A stretch of DNA of 64,000 nt from Candidatus Fermentibacteraceae bacterium. GTDB taxonomy: Bacteria; Fermentibacterota; Fermentibacteria; Fermentibacterales; JCC-6. The stretch is from positions 306,329 through 370,328 of the forward strand of contig JBGSZS010000018.1 in NCBI GenBank assembly GCA_041750285.1, written 5' to 3'. This document shows positions 8,072-17,522 of the stretch, piece by piece (positions within the stretch are counted from its first letter, which is position 1; every line of letters starts with the position of its first letter). A program made the translations under genes and the position numbers. Under the pieces are notes generated by a model, which saw only the letters and a program-made list of their open reading frames with translations, searched no databases and was not told where the DNA came from.

Positions 8072-8926
8072 CTAGAAGGATGCCTTGATACCCGCCCAGG
8101 TGTCCCGGGTGAGCGCCACATCGAAGTCGACCTCGAACTCGGTGATTGAGAATACGCTGCCGGTCTTCGAGACCCAGAAGAACGTGTCGCGGTCGGCGCT
8201 GTAGCAGACATCGTACGAGGAGGTCACCGAAGCGGGCTCGGGGGCGCTGCCGATGTAGCTTAGGCCGGCTCCGTCATACTCGTAGAAGTAGAAGTTGCCG
8301 TAGGTGTAACCGCCCACGAGAATGCCCACGTTGCCTTCGTAGGGGAACACCGCGCAGGCGCAGGAATAGGATGCCGGGAGCTCGGGGAGGCTCCAGGAGC
8401 TTACGCCTCCGCCCGACGTGTTGAAGCGGTAAAGGTATCTCGAGGTGGCTTCGGAACACCAGATCATCCCGTCATCGTCCATGTCCATCCCGCGGGGCTC
8501 GCCGGACACGGGGTTGGTGAAGGTGCTCCAGGTCTGGGAATTCACGTCGAACTTGTAGATGGGGGTGACCGCATTCCAGTTGTTAACGTAGATGAAGTTG
8601 CCACCGGGAGTCTGCTGGTAGACTATCCCCAGAATGTCGGGCAGACCCGTCGGGCTTGGCAGGGTGCTCGCGATGCTTCCGTTGTCGGGGTCGAGGTTGT
8701 AGATGAGGTCGGATGTGTAGTCGGTTACGAGAAGCGCGTCAAAGGTGTCTGCGAAATCGCATCCCCTTGGGTTGCCGCCCAGAGTGACCGTGTAGGTGTT
8801 CACCTGTGTGATGGTGATGTCGGCCCTGCCTGGATAAGGGTCTCCCGGAGCAACTGACGGACCGGCGTCGGGGTCGGCGGCGTAAAGGAATCCGAAGCAG
8901 AGAAGCAGAAGGCACATTGTTCTCAT
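8072..8926 (-). CDS. Secreted beta-propeller-like protein with C-terminal TWAGIKASF tail
   Basis: Signal peptide; PRG repeats; ends LTRDTWAGIKASF. Confidence 0.75.
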   Translation of the reverse strand: MRTMCLLLLCFGFLYAADPDAGPSVAPGDPYPGRADITITQVNTYTVTLGGNPRGCDFADTFDALLVTDYTSDLIYNLDPDNGSIASTLPSPTGLPDILGIVYQQTPGGNFIYVNNWNAVTPIYKFDVNSQTWSTFTNPVSGEPRGMDMDDDGMIWCSEATSRYLYRFNTSGGGVSSWSLPELPASYSCACAVFPYEGNVGILVGGYTYGNFYFYEYDGAGLSYIGSAPEPASVTSSYDVCYSADRDTFFWVSKTGSVFSITEFEVDFDVALTRDTWAGIKASF

Positions 8927-9065
8927 GTTTCCCCTCCACGTTTCTTCAAGGCTCTCCTGTTCTGGATGCCTTCCTGATGGAAGCATCGTCGATAATTGTC
9001 CGGATATGCCGTCATGTCAATGGAGAGATGCCGACTCGAGCCAACACGATAAAGAAGAAGACGCA

Positions 9066-9096
9066 AAAAGGGGCGGGAGCCTTGAGACTCCCGCCC
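9066..9096 (-). terminator. Intrinsic terminator
   Basis: GGGCGGGAG/CTCCCGCCC hairpin with U-tract on the minus strand. Confidence 0.65.
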
Positions 9097-9116
9097 GAGG
9101 GTATTTTTCCGTTCCT

Positions 9117-9410
9117 CTACTTCGGAATGGTCAGGCTGTTCTGGACGTCGACGTTTTCAAGCATGCCTTTGACGGCTTCCAGCACCCCGCCGATGACCGT
9201 CACTCCAAGGACGGCGCCGACAATGGAAACCAGCAGGCCTATGGCCACGAATATCAGCATGGCCCGGCTCCAGTTCTGGAGGTTCATGTTCGTGCTGTTG
9301 CTCAGGGCGAACACAAGAAGAAGGATGATGTTCAGAAGGGGTACGAACATCGCAAGCTGCACCAGGAAGAACCCCCCGGTGGAAAACGGCTTTGAACGGT
9401 CTTCGGTCAT
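9117..9410 (-). CDS. Small membrane protein
   Basis: GGAGG RBS; two hydrophobic helices. Confidence 0.7.
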   Translation of the reverse strand: MTEDRSKPFSTGGFFLVQLAMFVPLLNIILLLVFALSNSTNMNLQNWSRAMLIFVAIGLLVSIVGAVLGVTVIGGVLEAVKGMLENVDVQNSLTIPK

Positions 9411-9596
9411 GGATTGCCTCCAGCTGTTAGTTTTACGGGTCCGCAGCGGTTGGACAATAGGGAGAAAAGGTGCTGCCTGCAATCCCGCCGGGTCTTCTGC
9501 CCGTGTCCCGTGAGACAGCCCGGTATGGCAGTCCCGCCGGCAACCACTCACGTCGCTGGGTTCCCGGCCGGAAGCACGGCGTGCTTTCCGCAGCGA

Positions 9597-10055
9597 TCAG
9601 ATCCCGGAACCGGGGGTCGAGATGAAAACGGGGGTCACCAAGGCCCTTTCGATGACAGCCATGCACGAAGGGTAGACAAACCCTCCCAGTGTGGAGTACC
9701 CGCAATCCTCAGGGCCGCTGGCACTGTAGTGCACATACAGCACGTCCTCGAGCACGAACAGGGAATCGATGCATATGGACCGGTTGTTTCCGGCCCCGAC
9801 GTCGGCCGTTTTCCCAAGCCCGACAATCACGAGCATCCGGGTTTCGAAGTCGACGAACGCAGGAAGGACTGGTGGGTACTCGAGCATTCCGATCCCGGAT
9901 GGAATGGTTAGGTGTTCGAAAAGACCGGCCCATTCGGCATGGCTTCCAACGACTGCCTGAACGGGCTCTTCGACCTGAAAAGCTGTCCCGAGTATCGTGA
10001 ACGGTACTTCGACACCCTTGAAGGACATGAGAATCAGCATCGGAAAAACACTCAT
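9597..10055 (-). CDS. Hypothetical protein (PrcB C-terminal-like)
   Basis: PxVDF...LG...SICIDS pattern; start uncertain. Confidence 0.5.
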   Translation of the reverse strand: MSVFPMLILMSFKGVEVPFTILGTAFQVEEPVQAVVGSHAEWAGLFEHLTIPSGIGMLEYPPVLPAFVDFETRMLVIVGLGKTADVGAGNNRSICIDSLFVLEDVLYVHYSASGPEDCGYSTLGGFVYPSCMAVIERALVTPVFISTPGSGI

Positions 10056-10170
10056 GACAACCCTCCGGAACAGCGACGATTGGCTGTGAAAAGCATCACC
10101 TGTATATAATGACCCCGATGGAGCTTCCGAGCAATCGTATCTCCCTGTCAGACGGGGGTCACTTGCCGCA

Positions 10171-11439
10171 ATGAGATGCCCGACAGTCGACAGCCTGTTT
10201 CTGCGGGCGAACGGCAGGTTTGTCTGCTGGGACGATGCTGGAAGCGACAAGGTTCTGTATCACCCATCGGAACACTCCGACATGTCCGGTGTCTACGAGC
10301 CAGGAGGCCCGTGTGCCCGGGCTGCGAAAGCCCTTCGTGCCCGCGTGCTGCCCGATTCGCTGACATGCCCTGGTTGCGTATGCCTGTCAATGACCGGTAA
10401 CCCTGTTTTCAACCCTGAAGTGGTCAGCGTGATGCAGGTGGAACCTTCCGCCCTTTGTACGCTCAGGTGCCTTGCGTGCGCCTCTTCCGAAGAAAGAGAG
10501 GCACTTGAACCGCCCCACCTTCTCTCACCCGGGCTTTTCGCACGAACTTTGAACGACTTCACCGGGGCAGGGATCAGGATACTGACCTTCGACTTTTCCG
10601 GTCATGGGGAGCCGACTCTCAACCCCGATCTTCCCGAATTGATCCGCGTTGCCAGACGCAGCTATCCTGAAGCCTTGATAATACTCGGTACGAATGGCCA
10701 GACTCGGTACTCGTCGGAGTTGGTCCGCTCGGGGATTGACCAGTTGCATGTCGCGCTGGACGGCATAGACCAATGCAGTTACGGCCGTTACAGGGTGGGG
10801 GGCAGCTTCAGCGATGCGCTGAGCTTCCTGAAGTCCGCAGCGTCAGATGCTTCCGCAGCCCGTGTGATCTGGAGGTACATCCTCTTCAGTCACAACTCCG
10901 ATTTCGGACACATCGCGCTGGCGTGGGAAATGGCATGCGACACGGGAGTCGACGAGCTTCGTTTCATTATCACCCGAAGGGGCGAATGGAGCACCTCCAT
11001 CGAAACCGTTGCCGATCTGTCGAACGCCCTGAAAAGGGCGGGGGTGCCCGAAACCTGCCTCAGGCTCGAATCACGTGAAACCATGGATCGAAGGAACAGG
11101 CTGAAAAATCGAATAAGGCGTTTCGAGCCATTCTACAGGCTCGCCTCCCGGACGTACCGTTCCTTCAGGTTCGGTCCACCTGGAAACGGCATGCCATCAG
11201 TCGGCATTGACTATTGCATGATCGGTGAGCACCAGCTGAAGCTGGCTCTTTCCGAGTCACGCCGTCATCTTCGAGCCGGAAGGAACAACGAGGCACGGTC
11301 CCTGCTCAGACATGTGGAGGAGATCGTGGAAAAGCCCCGCCAAAGGAATCCGGCATACTCACCGGAGAAGGTGCTCGCGTTCCTTGGTGAGTCATTATTC
11401 TCCCTGCGTGCATCAGTCCGGAAAACCCCGTGTCCCTGA
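10171..11439 (+). CDS. Radical SAM protein with N-terminal SPASM/Twitch-like Cys motif
   Basis: CTLRCLAC, GHGEPTLNP, TNG, LDG..Y..YRVGG. Confidence 0.85.
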   Translation: MRCPTVDSLFLRANGRFVCWDDAGSDKVLYHPSEHSDMSGVYEPGGPCARAAKALRARVLPDSLTCPGCVCLSMTGNPVFNPEVVSVMQVEPSALCTLRCLACASSEEREALEPPHLLSPGLFARTLNDFTGAGIRILTFDFSGHGEPTLNPDLPELIRVARRSYPEALIILGTNGQTRYSSELVRSGIDQLHVALDGIDQCSYGRYRVGGSFSDALSFLKSAASDASAARVIWRYILFSHNSDFGHIALAWEMACDTGVDELRFIITRRGEWSTSIETVADLSNALKRAGVPETCLRLESRETMDRRNRLKNRIRRFEPFYRLASRTYRSFRFGPPGNGMPSVGIDYCMIGEHQLKLALSESRRHLRAGRNNEARSLLRHVEEIVEKPRQRNPAYSPEKVLAFLGESLFSLRASVRKTPCP

Positions 11440-12293
11440 GGGGTCTGCTTGCGCAAACAGGCCTCCTGAGGCCATCTAGGGCACTTTTCAGGGCTTCTCT
11501 CGGGTGCCTGAAAACACTGGTCTGGAAAGCTTCAGGACAGTCTGCCGATCATGATGGTCAGCCGTGCCCTCCCCCCCATCTATGTTTCAGGTCCGCAGCG
11601 TGTTACGACACCCGGCACTTCCTCTCAACAGGTGCCAGAGGCGCGGCATGCATAATCTCCCTTCTTGAAAAGGCCGGAAGGCCGCTCGAAAACATTGTCT
11701 GTCTTGACTTTGGCTGCGGGGCGGGGAGACTGGCCCGATACCTGCTTCACCAGAGGGGTCTAGAACTCCACGGAACGGATGTTGACGCTGCAGCTTCAGG
11801 ATGGTGCCGGCAGAACCTGGGTATGGATTGTCGAAGCAATGCGCCCGGAAGTCCTCTTGAGTATGAGGATGGCACTTTTGACATGGTTCTGGCGATAGCC
11901 GTCTTCCCGCACATGAACCTGAAAGACCAGGGCTTCTACCTTGGTGAGTTGAAAAGGGTGCTGAAACCCGGAGGAACGCTTCTTCTCACCCTGAAAGGCC
12001 ATCACCGCCGAAGCGAGCTTTCCCTCGAGGAGCGGGAAATGTTCGATTCGGGCCGGCCGGTCGTGAGGGAGCCTCTTTACTCAACGCAAAGGTACTGCCT
12101 TGCATATCATCCCCGAGAGTTCGCGGCGGGGATCATGGCCCCAGGGTTCGACCTTCTCCTTCACGTACCCATGGGCTCCGAGGATACAGGGCAGGACGCG
12201 TACATCTTTGAAAGGCAAACGTGCGCCGGAATTCCGAAGGGACATGTCGGAGACATTTTCAGACAGGGTCACGCCCGGTCCGTGGATACCTGA
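11430..12293 (+). CDS. Class I SAM-dependent methyltransferase
   Basis: LDFGCGAGR, FDMVLA, LKPGG. Confidence 0.88.
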   Translation: MSLRGLLAQTGLLRPSRALFRASLGCLKTLVWKASGQSADHDGQPCPPPHLCFRSAACYDTRHFLSTGARGAACIISLLEKAGRPLENIVCLDFGCGAGRLARYLLHQRGLELHGTDVDAAASGWCRQNLGMDCRSNAPGSPLEYEDGTFDMVLAIAVFPHMNLKDQGFYLGELKRVLKPGGTLLLTLKGHHRRSELSLEEREMFDSGRPVVREPLYSTQRYCLAYHPREFAAGIMAPGFDLLLHVPMGSEDTGQDAYIFERQTCAGIPKGHVGDIFRQGHARSVDT

Positions 12294-12327
12294 AGCATGT
12301 GTGAGGGGGAAGGGGTCACGAATGCGA

Positions 12328-13257
12328 TCAGCCCGGGAAAAGCCTTTCAGGCCTCATTTCGGGCCGCCTCAGGATGCCGTGAAGCACTCCCAGCCACATC
12401 CAGTATACGAGTCTGCCATTTCTCCTGAGGGGATACATGACCGTTTTCAGCAGGGTTATCCCGAAATAGTAGAAAAGAAAAGCAAGAAACACCGGCGGCT
12501 TCAGATGCCTCAGGGCCACTATGTAACGGTTCCTGTGGGTGAAGTAGATGGCGAATGGTGAAAAAACCCCTCCCACGCTGATCGAGACGTGGTGACGTAC
12601 TATCGAGCCTGGAACAAGGTGGGTGGTGAACCCGAGATTCCTGATCTTGAAGGTAAGATCGACGTCGTCGTAGTAGATGAAGAGATCGGTATCCTGCATG
12701 CCCGCATCCCTGTAGGTGTTCCACCTCATCATCATCGCGCACCCGGTTGCCTGGTCGACTTCGAAGGGCTGCCCGGGCAGTTCCGGGACGAACCTGTACA
12801 GGGGTTTCAGGTTCATCCTCCACTTGATGAACACACCCCCCGCGTTCCAGAGCATGTCCGGCCTCGAAGCGTACGTTATCGCGGGAACGGTGATCCCGGT
12901 TCCGGGATTCTTTTCAAGAAAGTCGGCGAGAAGGAAAAGTGTGTCGGGAGCGACCTCGGTGTCGTTGTTGAGGATGATCACATACTCAAGATCACGGCCG
13001 GCAAGCATTTCGTAGGATCTGTTGTTGCCGGCGGTAAAACCCAGATTTCCCGGATTCCTGTGGAAGACCACCTCCGGGATCTCGCCGACCCATGGGGGTA
13101 CGGGGCCGGGAGTGTTGTTGTCCACCAGACCGATGACAACCCGGACACCCTCGGATCGCAGCACTGACCGGACACACTTCTCCGTCAATTCCCACTGACG
13201 GAAGTTGACCATGAGTATGCCGATCCTGTACGGGCCGTCATCCCGGGGCTGAACCAT
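12328..13257 (-). CDS. Glycosyltransferase family 2
   Basis: VDNN, NLGFTAGNN, LNNDT, GCAMM, YYDDVD. Confidence 0.9.
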   Translation of the reverse strand: MVQPRDDGPYRIGILMVNFRQWELTEKCVRSVLRSEGVRVVIGLVDNNTPGPVPPWVGEIPEVVFHRNPGNLGFTAGNNRSYEMLAGRDLEYVIILNNDTEVAPDTLFLLADFLEKNPGTGITVPAITYASRPDMLWNAGGVFIKWRMNLKPLYRFVPELPGQPFEVDQATGCAMMMRWNTYRDAGMQDTDLFIYYDDVDLTFKIRNLGFTTHLVPGSIVRHHVSISVGGVFSPFAIYFTHRNRYIVALRHLKPPVFLAFLFYYFGITLLKTVMYPLRRNGRLVYWMWLGVLHGILRRPEMRPERLFPG

Positions 13258-13499
13258 GCCGCTCCGATACGGGCTGGGGGAAAAACACTTGCCTGAAGGG
13301 TTTGGATAATAGTCCCGGTCAAACGGGAAGTAAAGTGGCCGGCATCGTATCGGGCGCTCCGTCAAAGCTTTCCACGCTGAAATCGGAACGCCCTCCACTT
13401 TAATCTACAGGGTGTAACTTTTTCAATGGAATGAGTGTCCTCTTCTTTTTAAGACATTCGCAAGGGAGTTATGGAAAAGCGAACAGAAGGAGGGAGAAA

Positions 13500-14615
13500 A
13501 TGAAAAGGTTCCCGGCCATTCCCCTGATCGCGGCCCTGGCGGCTGGATGCGGTGGAACCGCTGAAACGCCTGCGGATGCTTCAACTGATGTGAGATATCT
13601 CGTCGTGGTTGATTCGATCGGAGTGGAGACGGGTGACTCATGCTACACCTTCGGCGGAATAGAGGGTGTGGAGTACTGCCCGGACGGAAACATCGCGGTT
13701 CTCGACTGCGTAAGGGCCGGGCTCATGATCTACTCCCCGGAAGGCGAGTACCTGCGAAGGATAGGGCAACGGGGCAACGGTCCGGGCGAACTGGGAAACG
13801 TGGCATTTCTGGCCATCACCGAGGACGGGCACATTCTGCTGGCGGGAGAGGGAAGCGAGATTCTTGGTCTTCACCAGTACGAATACGCCTCCGGGGAGTG
13901 GCTGGGGTCCATTCCCTCCATGACCACCCCGCCCACGTGCATCGAAGGGGCCGAGGAAGACTGCCACGTACGGAAGGACCTTCGGCTGGACGTATCCACG
14001 GGAGAACCGATTGTCTTCATGAGCGCCTCGAAGTACCGCTTCGGCTCGGAGGAACCAGTGCACACATACTTCGAGACCAGTTTCCCCTACGATCCCCAGG
14101 ACATTGCCGGTCTGGTGGATGCCATATGGTTCGGCATCGACATGGCTTCTGATTTCAATGGAAACACATGGATCTCCCATAGGTCGAGCACCGAGGCAGT
14201 CGTTGTCCGCTACGGTCCGAACGGCATGGAAGCCGACAGGATCGAGCTCGACCTCGAACCTGTGCCCAGAACCCCCGAGGAGCTGGAATCGGAACGGCTG
14301 ATTTTAACAACAAAAGCCATGATCATGGATTTCGACCAGCTTCCGCCATTGGAGCCCGATCCGTACAAGCCCTTGATCACAGGGCTTCATGCCGATGGCG
14401 AGGGGAATCTCTGGGTCCAACTCGGTGGTCCGGCGGTTCCCGAGTTCAGGGTGTTCTCACCGGAAGGTGATTTCCTTTACACAGTCCTTCTCCAGAATCC
14501 GGCGGCCGATGCCGGCTCCTGGAAGTTCTGTATCGGTGACACGGGCGTGCTGGCATACGCTGATGATCCGATGGATGGGTATCAGAAGGTTTACATACTT
14601 GAAATGGTTCAATAG
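13500..14615 (+). CDS. 6-bladed beta-propeller lipoprotein
   Basis: Lipobox AAGC; IGQRGNGPGE NHL-like motif. Confidence 0.8.
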   Translation: MKRFPAIPLIAALAAGCGGTAETPADASTDVRYLVVVDSIGVETGDSCYTFGGIEGVEYCPDGNIAVLDCVRAGLMIYSPEGEYLRRIGQRGNGPGELGNVAFLAITEDGHILLAGEGSEILGLHQYEYASGEWLGSIPSMTTPPTCIEGAEEDCHVRKDLRLDVSTGEPIVFMSASKYRFGSEEPVHTYFETSFPYDPQDIAGLVDAIWFGIDMASDFNGNTWISHRSSTEAVVVRYGPNGMEADRIELDLEPVPRTPEELESERLILTTKAMIMDFDQLPPLEPDPYKPLITGLHADGEGNLWVQLGGPAVPEFRVFSPEGDFLYTVLLQNPAADAGSWKFCIGDTGVLAYADDPMDGYQKVYILEMVQ

Positions 14616-14622
14616 CCTGCGT

Positions 14623-15570
14623 TCAGAACGTGTTCTCCCGAAGCTTCGCCGCCCTTCTGCCTGAGGCTTCCAGAAGCACGCCAAGCGTTATCGGCAGGGC
14701 AGTGATCAACATCCCGCCAAGCACGGCGTGACCCGAATCCCGGGCTCCAACCATTGCGTCATGGATCACCCCGGCGATTATCAGCAGCCAGAACACTCCC
14801 GAGAGGGTCAGAAGAACCCGACCCATCACCCTTCTGAAACCAGTCCGTCGCGGGGAGGGAGTACTGACGGGTAAGGGTGTGGGTTTACCGCCCGCACCCC
14901 ATCTCTGCGCCGACAGGGCACGCCCTTTTTTCAGAAAACGAATGCCGAGTACGAAGTAGAGCACCACCATGGGAACGACCATGAGCGCCCAGCCAGTGCC
15001 TGAAAGAACGAAACTGTCGTAAAGACCGTGGAGCAGCCACGCAAGGAGCAGGGCGGCTGCCAGGTTTGCGTTCCGGCGGCTGCGCGATCGGGCAAACCTG
15101 GCCATCCCCATGTAACGGCCCATCAGAACCCCCGTGAAGGCGTGCCCGGGGATCGCTGTAAGGGCTCTGGCAATGCCGACGCCGATGCCGTGCCCAAGAA
15201 CGTAAAGCACGTTCTCGGCCATGGCGAAACCTATGGATACGGCTGAGGCGTATACGATACCGTCGTTCGGCTCATTGAAGTTCCTGCTCTTCCAGGCGAA
15301 AACCAGGACCACCAGCAGCTTCATCGTTTCCTCGACGGGCGAGATCACAAGGAACGACTGAAGACCCGCTTGAACAAGACCGTCACCGGCAAAAAGGGAA
15401 CTCTCCAGAAAAATGCCCTCGATGAGTGCTGCGGGAACGACGGAGAGGATCCCGATGAAAAGCATGCGGGTGACAAAGCCCATGGGTTCGGGCTCTATCC
15501 TGTCGTACCGCAGGATGTAGATGAGAAACCCGATGGGCGGCGCCAGGGCAAGAAGAGTCAGGAAGACCAT
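14623..15570 (-). CDS. PrsW-family intramembrane metalloprotease
   Basis: EETMK, GFAMAEN, GHAFTG, LHGLYD. Confidence 0.9.
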   Translation of the reverse strand: MVFLTLLALAPPIGFLIYILRYDRIEPEPMGFVTRMLFIGILSVVPAALIEGIFLESSLFAGDGLVQAGLQSFLVISPVEETMKLLVVLVFAWKSRNFNEPNDGIVYASAVSIGFAMAENVLYVLGHGIGVGIARALTAIPGHAFTGVLMGRYMGMARFARSRSRRNANLAAALLLAWLLHGLYDSFVLSGTGWALMVVPMVVLYFVLGIRFLKKGRALSAQRWGAGGKPTPLPVSTPSPRRTGFRRVMGRVLLTLSGVFWLLIIAGVIHDAMVGARDSGHAVLGGMLITALPITLGVLLEASGRRAAKLRENTF

Positions 15571-15713
15571 GCCAATGCTTTTCCCGTCTGCTCGAAGAAA
15601 TCAGCCGCATGCTAACAGAGGAAGAACGCGGGGTCAATTGCCCGGACAGGCAGGACCTTGACGGTTGGGAAACTTACTCTAATATTCAGAGTACTCTGTG
15701 AAAGGAGAGAAAG

Positions 15714-16280
15714 ATGGTACAGGAAACCCTTGAATCGGACATCCGGTATGTGCGTGCACTGGTCGAGAGATCGGGAAGCGGGTCGTTCCCGAGGTCTGTC
15801 TACGTACTGTGGGCGGTCATATGTCTTCTGGGTTTCGGCATGATCGACTTCGCTCCGAACTGGACCGGTCCGTTCTGGATGGTCGCGGGTCCCGGGGGAG
15901 GAATACTCAGCGGCATCCTGGGCCACAGGGCGGGAGTGAGGATGGGGCAGATCGACAGGGGGATCGGCATACGCCACGCGCTCCACTGGGGCGGGATGCT
16001 TGTGGTGATAATGCTCGCCGTCGTACTGGCCGTGACGGGATTCATCCAGGGAACGGTCCTGAGTCAGGTCATTCTTCTTCTTGTCGCACTGGGATGGTGG
16101 ACCGCGGGAGTGCATTTCGACCGCAACTTCCTGTGGTTCGCTGCCGTGATGGTTTTCGGCTTCATTGGAACCATTTTCGACACGAACTACACCTGGACGG
16201 TCATCGGGGTCCTTCTGGCCGTCAATCTTGTCGTCGCGGCGCTCCGCAGGAGGAAAGGCGAAGCGGAAAATGGCCGTTGA
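15714..16280 (+). CDS. Multi-pass membrane protein
   Basis: About six hydrophobic segments; coupled to downstream regulator. Confidence 0.75.
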   Translation: MVQETLESDIRYVRALVERSGSGSFPRSVYVLWAVICLLGFGMIDFAPNWTGPFWMVAGPGGGILSGILGHRAGVRMGQIDRGIGIRHALHWGGMLVVIMLAVVLAVTGFIQGTVLSQVILLLVALGWWTAGVHFDRNFLWFAAVMVFGFIGTIFDTNYTWTVIGVLLAVNLVVAALRRRKGEAENGR

Positions 16281-16587
16281 TCGGGACGCAAGGCTCAAAA
16301 ATGATCTGGAAGCCGTCAGCAGCCTGCTCTCCCACAAGATCCGGCTGGGCATATGCGTACTGCTTTCCAGGAACACAGCCCTTTCATTCTCCAGACTGAA
16401 GCAGCTTCTCGAGGAAACCGACGGAAGCCTCGGCGCACAGCTCAGAAAACTTGAGGATGAGGGGTTCATCAATGTGAACAAGGAGTTCGTACAAAGAAAG
16501 CCGGTGAGCTGGTACAGCCTTACCGAAGCCGGCAGGAAAGGGCTACTGAGCCATTTGGAGGCCATGAACCGACTGCTTGGCCGCTGA
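16270..16587 (+). CDS. Winged-helix transcriptional regulator (ArsR/MarR-like)
   Basis: RLGI...FSRLK...TDGSLGAQLRKLE...Y.LT..GR. Confidence 0.88.
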   Translation: MAVDRDARLKNDLEAVSSLLSHKIRLGICVLLSRNTALSFSRLKQLLEETDGSLGAQLRKLEDEGFINVNKEFVQRKPVSWYSLTEAGRKGLLSHLEAMNRLLGR

Positions 16588-16661
16588 TCCGGCGATATCC
16601 TCCCTGGCAGGGATTGTGTATGCTTCCGCAGGCACTCGATCTCACACGGGAGGAACGGCGA

Positions 16662-17522
16662 ATGTCAATGAAACCCTTTTATGTTGCCGGTATTCTCTTC
16701 CCCTTTCCCCTGGTTTTCGGCGGTCTCGTGCCGCCGGCTACGGGAGTGGCTCCACTCGAGGAAGGCACCCTGGTCGCCGGACGTGACTACCTTCTGTGGG
16801 ACGGGACTCCCGGTGTCCTTCGTGCATCGGAGGTCGGATGCGACCGTTTCTTCAGGCCCGTCTCATCTCCAGACATGCGAACGGTTGCGGTCTGGGCCGG
16901 GTCCGATGCGGTGAACTGCGTTGTGGTTCTTACCTGCTCGGGCTTCGAGGTAATGGGGCCATATGCCGAGGCAGGTCTTCCATGCTGGGACGGTGCGGGG
17001 AACCTCTGGTTCACTGCGGAGGGATCTCTTCTCCGCAATGGTGACACTGTGCGCACGGGGCTTTCAGCTCACCACATAAGCATCGATCAGGCAGGCGGCA
17101 CGGTCGTGTTCACGGACCGGGACGACAGGATACTTGCATTGAACATCGAAACCGGAGCCGTTGACACCGTCTCCACGGCGTACAGGTTCTACGGCCCCTT
17201 CTTCACCCCCGGCGGCGACATCGTTTCCCCCTCGCTCGATGGCGGGATCTGGATGTTCAGGAACTCTGATGCCCTCTTCGTGGACAACGGGGAACACCCT
17301 GCCTGGTGGCGGGAGCGGAACGGGCTCGTCTACATCAGAAGCACCGATGACGGAATGAACCTTACTTCGTCGGAGATATGGCTCTGGACCGGTGAGAAAG
17401 GTGTGGAGCAGCTCACCGACACCCCCTACATCCTTGAGGTGTATCCCTCACCCGCGCCCGGGGGTGTCTACTACGTGGACGCCTTCAGCGGGCTTGTTGG
17501 GTGTGCCGGGGCTGTCCGGTGA
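16662..17522 (+). CDS. TolB-like beta-propeller exported protein
   Basis: PxxSPD, PAW, QLT..P..E.YP repeats. Confidence 0.6.
   Translation: MSMKPFYVAGILFPFPLVFGGLVPPATGVAPLEEGTLVAGRDYLLWDGTPGVLRASEVGCDRFFRPVSSPDMRTVAVWAGSDAVNCVVVLTCSGFEVMGPYAEAGLPCWDGAGNLWFTAEGSLLRNGDTVRTGLSAHHISIDQAGGTVVFTDRDDRILALNIETGAVDTVSTAYRFYGPFFTPGGDIVSPSLDGGIWMFRNSDALFVDNGEHPAWWRERNGLVYIRSTDDGMNLTSSEIWLWTGEKGVEQLTDTPYILEVYPSPAPGGVYYVDAFSGLVGCAGAVR

Noticed and set aside
9411..9596. Intergenic region containing GGCAACC
   Set aside because: Other SAM-riboswitch elements absent and context unrelated
15612..16565. 317-aa minus-strand ORF
   Set aside because: Shadow of two well-supported plus-strand genes
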